A stretch of 19,564 bases of DNA from Ginkgo biloba (taxonomy: Eukaryota > Plantae > Ginkgophyta): positions 199,345,116-199,364,679 of the forward strand of contig JANKJI020000002.1 in the NCBI GenBank assembly GCA_024626585.2, in the 5' to 3' direction. Position 1 is the stretch's first letter. Each line of letters opens with the position of its first letter. Made by a program: the position numbers and the translations under genes. Shown piece after piece: positions 8,984 to 19,564 of the stretch. The notes beneath the pieces were generated by a model. The model searched no databases and was not told where the DNA came from. It was given only the letters and a program-made list of their open reading frames with translations.

Positions 8984-11029
8984 GAAATAAAAATGATACC
9001 ATACAATTTTGATAAAATATATGAAGAAAATGACAAATTGTTCTTCTAATCCTTTTTTTTTTCTTAACATGTATGCCCCCAATTTTAATTAGCAACCCAA
9101 GCATATATTCCAGCTCATAATGGTGTAAATAGATGTGGCCAAATTGGTTAGGCTACTCATCTACTAGATTTTTATTTTTCTCCCTTTATATGGAGAGCAT
9201 GCCTATTGTGTACATTTATTAACTATGGCCATTAAATGGCATATGTAAGAGGTNNNNNNNNNNNNNNNNNNNNNNNNNNNNNNNNNNNNNNNNNNNNNNN
9301 NNNNNNNNNNNNNTGGCTTCCTTTGCTATGATTACACAAATGTGAGGAGTATACACGAGAGTTTTATTTCATCTCATTATATGAATGTAAGAAGTGCATG
9401 TGGCTAATGTACTTCATTGCTAGTAGGGTTTGCATTTATATCATTATACCACTTATTAGAATGTGTTTATCATATACTCATTTATTACTATATTTTCCCT
9501 TTGTTTCACCAATGCAAGAAGTGTATGTTTTGATGAANNNNNNNNNNNNNNNNNNNNNNNNNNNNNNNNNNNNNNNNNNNNNNNNNNNNNNNNNNNNNNN
9601 NNNNNNNNNNNNNNNNNNNNNNNNNNNNNNNNNNNNNATAAAAGTGAGTTCTCTTTTCTAATGAAAACAACTTCTTGAGTTGGTTCTCATTTATAGGGTT
9701 TCATTTGCATTTTCAAGCTGTGCACCAGTTTGTCTCTTATTTGCAGGATTCTTTCACCCAACTCAAGGGTCATCCTATTCGATTAGGTGTTATTGATGTA
9801 AATCTGCATCATGATTGATGTATCATCTCTATACATATCGCAAAGGTTCACAACTTTAGATTTTCTTCTTCACAAAGTGCATATGACATTTTAGCAATTG
9901 AAGAATTACGAGGCAAGACTCTTCAAGTCTTAAAAATTGATTGCTCATTTTGGATAAAGTGGCCTCTCCAAAAAAAGTAGCTCACAAGATCCTCTTAAAC
10001 CTCTTAAATTGCTTTAAAGATTTGAAACTTGAATCACTTGGAAGTTGGGTATGCCAATGCATCTCACAGATTCGAAGCATGTTGTGCTTTCCTTCAGAGC
10101 CTAATATTAAAACACACCAACACTACCAAGCTTCTCTGCATGTAATAGCCCTGACAATCGCCATGGTGAACTTTGTTGATCACAAGCATTTTACGTTTCC
10201 ATATGCCCTTCTTAATTTGAAGTATGAGAATTCTAAGTCATATGAAACAATTTAGGAGCGTTTTGTTTCTAATAGGGAAATATTGTGTATCTTGCTAAGA
10301 TGTTGATAATCTTGAAAAATTGAAGATTAGTTAGGCTAAAATCCCTCTCTCCTTTCGTGATGTTTGTCCCACATTGATTGCGTGGGGGTCCTTCGGTGAT
10401 TTAAAATGCCCAATATGTCATGATCTTTATGCAAATCGAGTTGAAGAGTTTTTTTTTTTTTTTTTATTCTTGTACTAGTATAATGGTTAATTAGTTGAGG
10501 TGCTGAGTTAAATATCGTTTGATTTTTCACAATTTTTTAGGGGCGATGTTGTTGGGTGCGTGTGTGTGCAAACTTCCTAACTATTATCTCCACAATCCGT
10601 TAATTAATAAGTCAAATGCACTTAGTTGTGCACTTTGGAATTGTTTATATGACATTAAAATCCCTTTCCCTCTCTTTGTGATTAGGGGCTTATATATCAT
10701 TGAAAATTTTTCCTTCCAAATTTGATCTTGTTTGTTTGTTTTTGTTTGAAATTTATTATTTTTTAGAATCATGTTTTATCAAACATAATATTGGTGTACA
10801 CGAACGTGTGCTTTTAATTCCACGGATGGAAGGGACAACATCCACCCTAGTTAGAACCAATTCTCCCATCATGTGGTGCATGAATGGAATCCAAGAGCTA
10901 TGGCTAGCTATTTGAAGGACTTGTTTGATTGTTGGATCATGTTCAATTTTGATCTATGTCATTACAACATTGCATTTCCATGTAAATGTTAGACTAGTCC
11001 TTTACCGGTGGCAAGTAATTGCCATGTGT

Positions 11030-11219
11030 TAATCTTTAATATATTAATGTAATTAGTGATGACAAATAAGGATGATATGATCAACTTATTTATATATATT
11101 TCTAAAATAACCAATTTAATAATATAACATTATCAATTTTTAATATTATTATTAAATATTAATATTTTTCCATAATTTTTATATTATTTTATTAATTAAT
11201 TAAGAGAGAATTTTAATAA
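11030..11219. repeat. AT-rich low-complexity tract flanking an assembly gap
   Basis: Almost pure A/T (AATATTAATATT-type) sequence running into the N gap at 11220-11959. Confidence 0.7.
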
Positions 11220-12459
11220 NNNNNNNNNNNNNNNNNNNNNNNNNNNNNNNNNNNNNNNNNNNNNNNNNNNNNNNNNNNNNNNNNNNNNNNNNNNNNNNNN
11301 NNNNNNNNNNNNNNNNNNNNNNNNNNNNNNNNNNNNNNNNNNNNNNNNNNNNNNNNNNNNNNNNNNNNNNNNNNNNNNNNNNNNNNNNNNNNNNNNNNNN
11401 NNNNNNNNNNNNNNNNNNNNNNNNNNNNNNNNNNNNNNNNNNNNNNNNNNNNNNNNNNNNNNNNNNNNNNNNNNNNNNNNNNNNNNNNNNNNNNNNNNNN
11501 NNNNNNNNNNNNNNNNNNNNNNNNNNNNNNNNNNNNNNNNNNNNNNNNNNNNNNNNNNNNNNNNNNNNNNNNNNNNNNNNNNNNNNNNNNNNNNNNNNNN
11601 NNNNNNNNNNNNNNNNNNNNNNNNNNNNNNNNNNNNNNNNNNNNNNNNNNNNNNNNNNNNNNNNNNNNNNNNNNNNNNNNNNNNNNNNNNNNNNNNNNNN
11701 NNNNNNNNNNNNNNNNNNNNNNNNNNNNNNNNNNNNNNNNNNNNNNNNNNNNNNNNNNNNNNNNNNNNNNNNNNNNNNNNNNNNNNNNNNNNNNNNNNNN
11801 NNNNNNNNNNNNNNNNNNNNNNNNNNNNNNNNNNNNNNNNNNNNNNNNNNNNNNNNNNNNNNNNNNNNNNNNNNNNNNNNNNNNNNNNNNNNNNNNNNNN
11901 NNNNNNNNNNNNNNNNNNNNNNNNNNNNNNNNNNNNNNNNNNNNNNNNNNNNNNNNNNNCTATGGAATTGTGTTTGTCTACAATAAAGCATTTTTTGGTC
12001 GTAGCCAAAGTAGGGATATAGTTAATTGCTAAACTAACCATTTCACAATTAGGTAATGAGGTTTTTTAAGCCTTGGAATATGGGTTTGAACATTATCAAA
12101 AAATGGCTAAGCTACCATGTTTTGAGGGATTGTTCTTAAGGCATTATGGAATGTAGATTTTGGAAAGCAAAATGTTACTTTAAAGAATTTCTATGTGACT
12201 TTCTATCCTATGTTGCCAAGGCCAATGTCGATTAAATATGGGTCTAGGGTGTGGAATCCATAGTGAACAACATCTTAGCAATTGTTTATGCTAAAAATAC
12301 ACCCATGCAGAGTATATAAACAAGATGAAGCAATTTGGTATAAATATAAGGAACGTGGATGCATGTGATGAGGGATGTGATCCTTATGTAAGAATATGTT
12401 CCTTTGAAGACACTCTCTTGGATGGGTGGAAGTGAAATCTTAGACAGATAGTCAAACTT

Positions 12460-13163
12460 GCAGTATATATGTAATAAGAAAACAAGACAAAATATGTGTA
12501 TTACAAAGAAATAAATGGATTAACATAAAGATATTATTACATTCAGAATAAATGACAGACATAAAGAGAGACAAGTGGATGTAAATAGAATAATTGTTTA
12601 ATAAAGGGACAATGTGGCAACATATAATAAATTCACCAAATGAAGCTTGATACTATTATAGATGGTTTCCAAACACTTCTCTTCTTTGTAATGAATGGTC
12701 ATGCAAGAGATGAGCAATGTAAGTTCTTCAATGATGTGAAATGCTATAGTGACAACATTTTGCTATAATATAAATAAGCCTATCCTTCTCAACAAGATTT
12801 GAAAGAGTCCAACAATATGATAGGAGCCATGAAATGAGCAAGACACTATAATTAGAGATTACCCACGCATTATTGCCTTATGCCTAAAGAGGTATTTATA
12901 TGATAAATGAGCCTCGTGACAATAACTATGGGGGAAGGCTTGTGATGTAGGGTTATTTTAGGTCATGAGCCTATGTGTGATGAGGTTCCAAAGGAAAGGC
13001 TATATGTATAACATGAACTTATTAATTGAGGCACAATAATGTGGTTAATGATGTGCACAAAGCCCATGTTGAAAGATAACATGGTGTGAGTGGTCACACA
13101 ATAGGATAACCATGGCAAGGAAAAGGTTGCGCATAAGGGAAACATCTAAATGAAGTGATGAAT
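12460..13163. repeat. Copy 1 of a ~940-bp-period diverged direct repeat (possibly LTR-derived)
   Basis: Collinear blocks shared with copy 2: ATGCTATAGTGACAACATTTT (12741/13685), GGTCATGAGC (12961/13903) and ATAGGATAACCATGGCA (13101/14032). Boundaries are approximate. Confidence 0.85.
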
Positions 13164-13399
13164 NNNNNNNNNNNNNNNNNNNNNNNNNNNNNNNNNNNNN
13201 NNNNNNNNNNNNNNNNNNNNNNNNNNNNNNNNNNNNNNNNNNNNNNNNNNNNNNNNNNNNNNNNNNNNNNNNNNNNNNNNNNNNATAAGGATAATTGCAA
13301 AATGAAGTTAAGACTGGATTACCCCCTTGGAATCGATCATACGTTTTCGTACCTAAACTCTATAACCTATTCAGCACCAAGCGGGTACATCATATAATT

Positions 13400-14125
13400 G
13401 TATGAAACAAGAGAACAAAGCAAAATATATGTAATCTGCGAAAATAAATGTATTAGTATAAAGATATGTACGCATTGAGAAAAAATGGCATACATAATGA
13501 GACATAAATTAATGCAAAGAGAATAACTACTTTATTATAAAAGGGACAAGGTGGTAGCATGAACTGATCTCACTAAATGAATTCAATACCTTAGACTAAT
13601 GTAAACCCTTCCCCCTTCTCTTTTCTTTTTCACAAAAAATGGTTATGTATGAGATGAATGATATGAGTGCCTCAATGATATGAAATGCTATAGTGACAAC
13701 ATTTTAGCATAACATGAATGATTGAGCCTTCTTAAAAATCTTTAAGAGAGTAACAATATGATCTAAGCCATACAAATGAATAAGACACTATAATCAGAGA
13801 TTCTCCATGCCTCTTTAACATGAGCCTAAAAATATATTTATATAATAAATGATCTTCATGTCCTTTATAATGGGTGAAAGCTTGTTATGTAGGCTTGTCC
13901 TAGGTCATGAGCTTACGTGTATAGAGATTACAAAAATAATGCTAAATGTATTAATTGAGGCATAATAACATATGGTCAATGATGTGAACAAAGCTATTGT
14001 AACAATATCACATGTTGTAAATGGGCACATAATAGGATAACCATGGCATTGAAAGGGTTTTGTGTAAATGAAGTAAATGAATGGAGTTAACGACAATGTG
14101 TAAATGAAGTAATGAATGGAGTTAA
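13400..14125. repeat. Copy 2 of the ~940-bp-period direct repeat
   Basis: The same blocks occur at offsets of 931-944 nt from copy 1. Confidence 0.85.
14061..14125. repeat. Short tandem repeat, two copies, 36-nt period
   Basis: TGTGTAAATGAAGTAAATGAATGGAGTTAA (14061-14090) and TGTGTAAATGAAGT-AATGAATGGAGTTAA (14097-14125). Confidence 0.85.
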
Positions 14126-14299
14126 GGAGCACAAAATAATAAGTGTGAGCACGTAAGGCATAAATGAGCTGTAAGAAATGGTAAATGGGATGTAAAGTTC
14201 TATGAATGTGGGCAACACATGATATAATCACATAAATGGGTAGTCAAAATTCATGGGTGTAAAAACGGGTGATAACAACAACATTCATATGTCAAAATT

Positions 14300-14740
14300 A
14301 GGTCATACATTTATTATGCATACACATCATAGAATCATTGCATGAACATTAATGCATAAAATTTGGGGTATAAAGCTTTTGTTATCAACTATAAGAATGA
14401 TAGTACATTGCATTAATTGTTAGGATCAAGCCTCTCACACCAAGCCCTAGGTGGTAATACTTGACTCTCACATCTAGGGAGCATATTCTCTCATATCTAT
14501 AGATTCTCTCTTCATTTATTGAAATTACATTATTGTTTTATTTTTAAGTTGTAACCTTAACCTTGGTCATGCCTTCATTTATTATTTTTTCCTTTTGTTG
14601 ACTTTATTAAATGTGCCCTTATTTATGGTATTAAATATGACTTACAACCAATCACAAGTGCACCTCATTAATTCCTTATAGCTGTGATTTAGGATTAGGT
14701 TAGGATGATGACATAATCCATATTTTTCTCTCCCCTAATT
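14300..14740. repeat. Dispersed repeat copy B
   Basis: The same blocks in the same order and orientation as 6340-6770; boundaries are approximate. Confidence 0.65.
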
Positions 14741-15939
14741 AATGTGATAGTTCTACCATTACTATTGTAATAAACACGTTGTTATATTTAGTAAATGCGA
14801 CTTGTTATATAATAATGCCTATAATTAAGGCACTATCATTCCTCTTAATAAGTGTGGCATGGCCTAGTTTTGATAAGTATTTAGTATGTCTTCTAGTTCT
14901 AACATTAGCTTGCAATANNNNNNNNNNNNNNNNNNNNNNNNNNNNNNNNNNNNNNNNNNNNNNNNNNNNNNNNNNNNNNNNNNNNNNNNNNNNNNNNNNN
15001 NNNNNNNNNNNNNNNNNATTTGGGCACCCTCTAGCTCTCCAAAGGAACTAAACCCCTCTGGCACAAAAATAGTTTGAAAATTCTGCACCCCTCCTATGCA
15101 CCCACTCTGAGTCACCCCCTTAGAAATATTTAAAAAAAAAAAAAATTGAATCTTCAAGTGAGTTTCAAGGTGTTGTATTCACAACAGAAAATAAAAGCAA
15201 GTTTCTAAGGCTACACATGCATTTCTTTCAACCCTACAACGAAATTTGATATGCATGAAGAGTAGCAAAAATGTACTGGAGGTGAATCTCTATATAGTCT
15301 GGAGCCACTTCCCACCGAGTGATTCTATGAAATAATGATGTTTATCATTGCATTAATAGTAATGTAAGCTAACATAAACCTGAAACTTTAAACAGCCTAT
15401 TTAATCCTGTTTTCTGGCAAGGCAAGACAAGAAGACAACTTCAAGGCAAGGGCATAGAAATGGCAACCAAAAATAAATCAACCAGGGATGTCGCCAGCCA
15501 TCCATGTTTAGCTCAATAAAAGACAGATACAGGCCTTTGGAGCTGTGCTTTATCTTATGTTCTTTTATTGACATAAAATAAATCCCAATACCCCTGCCTT
15601 TACTGAATCCAGTGCAAAATAGGTTTTACTGAAGACCTTAAATTAATTAATCAACCATGGGGACAGGCCCCACTTTGCTATCCTTTTGGCAGTTAACTAC
15701 TACTACTGCAGTTGATTATACCTATGTCAAAAAGTCAGAATTAGATCACAATTCTATAGCTCTGAATATAAAATGTCACAACTATTTACACAAGCTTTCT
15801 ATAAATGAGCTATTAAAATGTTACATAGCTGGGCCCTGCCCACAAGGAGATCCAAATCAAAGGGGTGCAAATTACAATACACCAAAATATAGCACAGGAG
15901 TTACCATGAAGGTCTTTAGTCTTGCTAAAGCATAACACG

Positions 15940-16975
15940 ACTCCTATTCACCAATTTTGGTAAAAGTTTGTCGTCTAGTTGCCAACGTCGTACCAAACCA
16001 TTCTTATTCATGAGTTGATTGATGTCAATGCATCCTCAATTTTTTGGGCTTGGTGCGAAATTTACTATCATACAACAACACTTTATCACCTTTATGAAAC
16101 ATGGGTGAGCAATTGTGGTAGTTGTGCCATGTCTTTTGTTGTCTCTTTCCTACCTCCAACTTTCATAAGTCTAATTGACATCTTTCCTCTAGCTAAAGCA
16201 ATTGACGTAATCTCTCAACAATAGAGTCTTCTTAATCTAGCATGCATTCCAAGGCAACTTGTTGGGTAGGAACCTCGAATTCGATAAGAATGATTGCGCC
16301 AAACCCATATACTAATTGAAATGCAGTCTTCCCTATGGCATGTTTATGTGTCATAGAGAACAACGTTAACACATAATGAATCTTTTCATCGCAATCTATC
16401 CTACCAACATCATAGGTTTTGTAAGGACGATTTTAAGGTTTTTACTTGAGCTCTCTACTTGACTATTACATCATGGATAATATAGAGTGGGTTTGCAATG
16501 CATTATCATAAATTCATCAATTAATTCCTTAACAAATTTGTTAATAAAGCATCTACCTTTATTTCCCATATGTTGTAGCAAACACCTAAACATTGTAATA
16601 ATCATCTCATAAAGAAATCGAGCATTGGTTTAGGCATTTTGTTCTCAAACTATATGAGCTTCATGCCACTTTATTATAAAATTTATTACAGCTAAGATAT
16701 AACATGCTTATATGTCCGTCTCACAGTGGGACTTATGTGTTCCACAAAGTCAATACCCCAATGTTCAAATGGGGTGGTGACTAGAATGTGGTATAAGGGG
16801 TGGTGCATTTGTCAATTTAGTTTCCCTAATCTTTGGCATCATTGTACTTCTTCACCTAATTCTTCGCATTGTCAAACAAGGCGGGTCACTGTAAGTCTCC
16901 ACATAATATCTTTTAAGATGTGGCATCACTTGCCACATGTCTGCCTACTAGGCCTTTATATTCTTGGCAAATAAT
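15940..16975 (-). pseudogene. Integrase remnant
   Basis: Reads CQRLGK...PFEHWGIDFVEHISP...KWHEA...ARFLYEMIITMFRC...GKTAFQLVYG...IEFEVPT...FHKGDKVLLYDSKF...LVNRSRV, matching the integrase core and C-terminal motifs of Athila/Tat gypsy elements. Confidence 0.9.
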
Positions 16976-17179
16976 ATTGTTTACTTCATGAGGTAGTTCA
17001 TATTGCCATAGGATTTGATCAAGTCCCATTCTATATAAGGCTACTCTAATTAACTAGTAGGGGAAGGCTTTTCATGCGTGACTTTTTCATTCCAGTTTGT
17101 TCATCTCTAATGGTGCTTGTCTTGTGGATAGGTATTTTGTGATGTAGGCATACCACTTAGGGATGGTCTCCATACAAAA

Positions 17180-17333
17180 TTAGATGGCGCTAGAAAAATC
17201 ATCATTTAATATGGTATCTTTTTCTCCAGTTTTAATGCAAGAAAGTGAATTTGGTACTATATGGCTCTTGCCCAGTTTAACAATAAGTTTGATTGTGAAT
17301 GCTTGAAATAATAACATCCAACAATGTATTCGT
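17180..17333 (-). pseudogene. RNase H C-terminal remnant
   Basis: RIHCWMLLFQAFTIKLIVKLGKSHIVPNSLSCI resembles the gypsy RH end RI.RWLLLFQEF.F.V.VKPGK.N...D.LSRI. Confidence 0.85.
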
Positions 17334-18207
17334 NNNNNNNNNNNNNNNNNNNNNNNNNNNNNNNNNNNNNNNNNNNNNNNNNNNNNNNNNNNNNNNNNNN
17401 NNNNNNNNNNNNNNNNNNNNNNNNNNNNNNNNNNNNNNNNNNNNNNNNNNNNNNNNNNNNNNNNNNNNNNNNNNNNNNNNNNNNNNNNNNNNNNNNNNNN
17501 NNNNNNNNNNNNNNNNNNNNNNNNNNNNNNNNNNNNNNNNNNNNNNNNNNNNNNNNNNNNNNNNNNNNNNNNNNNNNNNNNNNNNNNNNNNNNNNNNNNN
17601 NNNNNNNNNNNNNNNNNNNNNNNNNNNNNNNNNNNNNNNNNNNNNNNNNNNNNNNNNNNNNNNNNNNNNNNNNNNNNNNNNNNNNNNNNNNNNNNNNNNN
17701 NNNNNNNNNNNNNNNNNNNNNNNNNNNNNNNNNNNNNNNNNNNNNNNNNNNNNNNNNNNNNNNNNNNNNNNNNNNNNNNNNNNNNNNNNNNNNNNNNNNN
17801 NNNNNNNNNNNNNNNNNNNNNNNNNNNNNNNNNNNNNNNNNNNNNNNNNNNNNNNNNNNNNNNNNNNNNNNNNNNNNNNNNNNNNNNNNNNNNNNNNNNN
17901 NNNNNNNNNNNNNNNNNNNNNNNNNNNNNNNNNNNNNNNNNNNNNNNNNNNNNNNNNNNNNNNNNNNNNNNNNNNNNNNNNNNNNNNNNNNNNNNNNNNN
18001 NNNNNNNNNNNNNNNNNNNNNNNNNNNNNNNNNNNNNNNNNNNNNNNNNNNNNNNNNNNNNNNNNNNNNNNNNNNNNNNNNNNNNNNNNNNNNNNNNNNN
18101 NNNNNNNNNNNNNNNNNNNNNNNNNNNNNNNNNNNNNNNNNNNNNNNNNNNNNNNNNNNNNNNNNNNNNNNNNNNNNNNNNNNNNNNNNNNNNNNNNNNN
18201 NNNNNNN

Positions 18208-18680
18208 TACACCTTATGGTTAGCCACCTCATCTAGTATGTCTTTGGTGATTGATGTTAGACTTAGATCTTTCTTGGTAACTTTATTCAACTCGTGATAA
18301 TCACACAAATTTTAAGTTTCCCATTTTTCTTTTTGGTTATCATTGTTGATTGGTCCATTCACTATTCTCTATAAGGTATAAAAGTACCATGCACCCAACA
18401 TCTTATCAAGTTTTGCCTTCACCTCCTCTTTGACTTTTGGATTAAGGTGGCATGGGTGTTGGCTCATTGGTTTTGCTTCATTTATGAGTTTAATATTATG
18501 TTGTTCAATCTTTGGTGGAATGCCCTTCAAATCCTTATACAACCATCAAAACACATCATGATATTCAAAAAATAATGCATGTGCTTGTGTTTTGGTAGCT
18601 TCATCCTAGTAATCTCTCATAATTATGTTTTCAGGTTTTATCTCACTTCCAATGTTAACTTCTCTTAGTTTTAGCTTTAT
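18208..18680 (-). pseudogene. Reverse transcriptase N-terminal remnant
   Basis: Reads KLREVNIGSEIKP...FEYHDVF*WLYKDLKGIPPKIEQHNIKLINEAKPMSQHPCHLNPKVKEEVKAKLDKML...KKNGKLKICV/DYHELNKVTKKD...DILDEVA, matching gypsy RT motifs (K..GK.RICVDYR.LNK.T.KD). Confidence 0.9.
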
Positions 18681-19189
18681 GTCATGAATCCCATTGATGT
18701 ATTGATTTCAGGGGTTGTCCATAGCTATTATCAATGATTCTTTTCTCATAATTGATCTTGAAATATTTAGCTGGAACAAAGTTACATGCTTCTTCATTAA
18801 TCTCTGGTTTATTAGTATTGTTTTCAACATCAAAGGGTTCTTGCTTGTTATCATATGCCAATCTAGTCTTTACATTAAAACATGTCTTCAATCAAGTTTT
18901 TTCTTTTAGTTGAGAAATTTTTAATCTTATTTAACATCTTATCGAGTGGTACCTCTAATTTATATGAAAATATGACATTGAATTGCTTCACACGCATCCC
19001 ATTGAAAATTCCACTGCTTCTTATATTGATAATACTAGTTAAGGTTGCAGCGAATACAAAAACAGGGGAAACCATAATTGTCTTGGCACACTATGTTGGT
19101 CGCACACCTTTTTGCAATTCATGATATGATGATTCAATTTGAAGCCTTCTATGAATTCATGTGCTTCAATGAACTTGATGCCTGCAAAT

Positions 19190-19310
19190 TTGGCAATAAA
19201 ATGTTCACCAAATCACTCCAATTTTAAGTTTTCGTATGATGTAGAAAGAAGCAATTGAATGTGTATCCTCTTAGAGTAAGTGGAAATAACTTCATAATAG
19301 TTAGTAAAAA
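19190..19310 (-). pseudogene. gag remnant of the right-hand gypsy element
   Basis: TIMKLFPLTLRGYTFNCFFL...*NWSDLVN resembles the gag motif KLFP.TL.G.A..WF..L....I..W.DL. Confidence 0.7.
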
Positions 19311-19564
19311 CTATGGCATAGATAAAAAATATGCATTAAGCTTAGGAAAAGGCATAGCACCAAAAGTGAGAAAACTATAAGTATAATATTTATAGATTTT
19401 ATTTTATATTGAGTAGTGAAAATTTTATTTTGTTGACTTATAAGTATTTTGATAACTTCAATTGTGTATAGGATAGCCAAAAATTAACCCTTCAATATCA
19501 TTCATTTGCATGCTTTCACACTAATAACTTACACACCATAAAACATGGTGATACATCAATTAGT

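Larger units (their letters stand above)
15940..19310 (-). mobile_element. Decayed Ty3/gypsy (Athila/Tat-like) internal region: gag, RT, RNase H, integrase
   Basis: The domain order RT-RH-INT on the - strand is diagnostic of Ty3/gypsy. There are many stops and frameshifts, and an 874-N gap covers the RT core and RNase H. No LTR was recognised. Confidence 0.9.

Noticed and set aside
7369-9104. Antisense ORFs 7369-7662, 8363-8725, 8739-9104 and 8879-9082
   Set aside because: These are shadows of the WRKY exons and their low-complexity codons, with no independent motifs.
10440-10480. Helitron 3' end (CTAG|T at 10475-10479) or retroposon poly(A) tail on the - strand
   Set aside because: There is no subterminal hairpin at the right distance, and no TSD or element body was identified.
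14061-14125. CRISPR-like repeat spacing
   Set aside because: Only two copies with a 6-nt spacer, in a eukaryotic context with no cas genes; it is a simple tandem duplication.
15018-15935. Possible exons of a second gene or a SINE (A14 run near 15131-15145; ORF 15657-15935)
   Set aside because: No recognisable protein motif, consistent splice pair or Pol III boxes.
542-18308. Long ORFs in the track made mostly of X (e.g. 1159-1660, 11196-12041, 17180-18308)
   Set aside because: They are artefacts of reading through N gaps. Only the flanks at 17180-17333 and 18208-18308 carry real, decayed gypsy pol sequence.

Overview
AT-rich, gap-ridden plant nuclear DNA; the TE content looks gymnosperm-like, but that is an inference. 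There is one supportable host gene: a three-exon WRKY transcription factor on the + strand (about 7176-8983). It is WRKY49-like (group IIc type), with WRKYGQK, a C-X4-C-X23-H-X-H finger, the R-type intron, and a 10-N gap inside exon 2. Left of it is an old, internally deleted Ty3/gypsy element on the - strand (<1-3725) with two diverged LTRs, a tRNA-iMet PBS, a PPT and a stop-ridden gag, but no visible pol. Right of it are a ~940-bp diverged tandem duplication (about 12460-14110), a second copy of a dispersed repeat also found just upstream of the WRKY gene, and a decayed Athila/Tat-type gypsy gag/RT/RNaseH/INT remnant (- strand, about 15940-19310). The region upstream of WRKY holds eight W-boxes, some in inverted pairs and some inside the dispersed repeat. 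I found no convincing new biological system; the best leads are the gag-only LTR element, repeat-donated cis-elements at the WRKY gene, and a probable unannotated upstream exon. Most ORFs in the supplied track are N-gap or chance artefacts.
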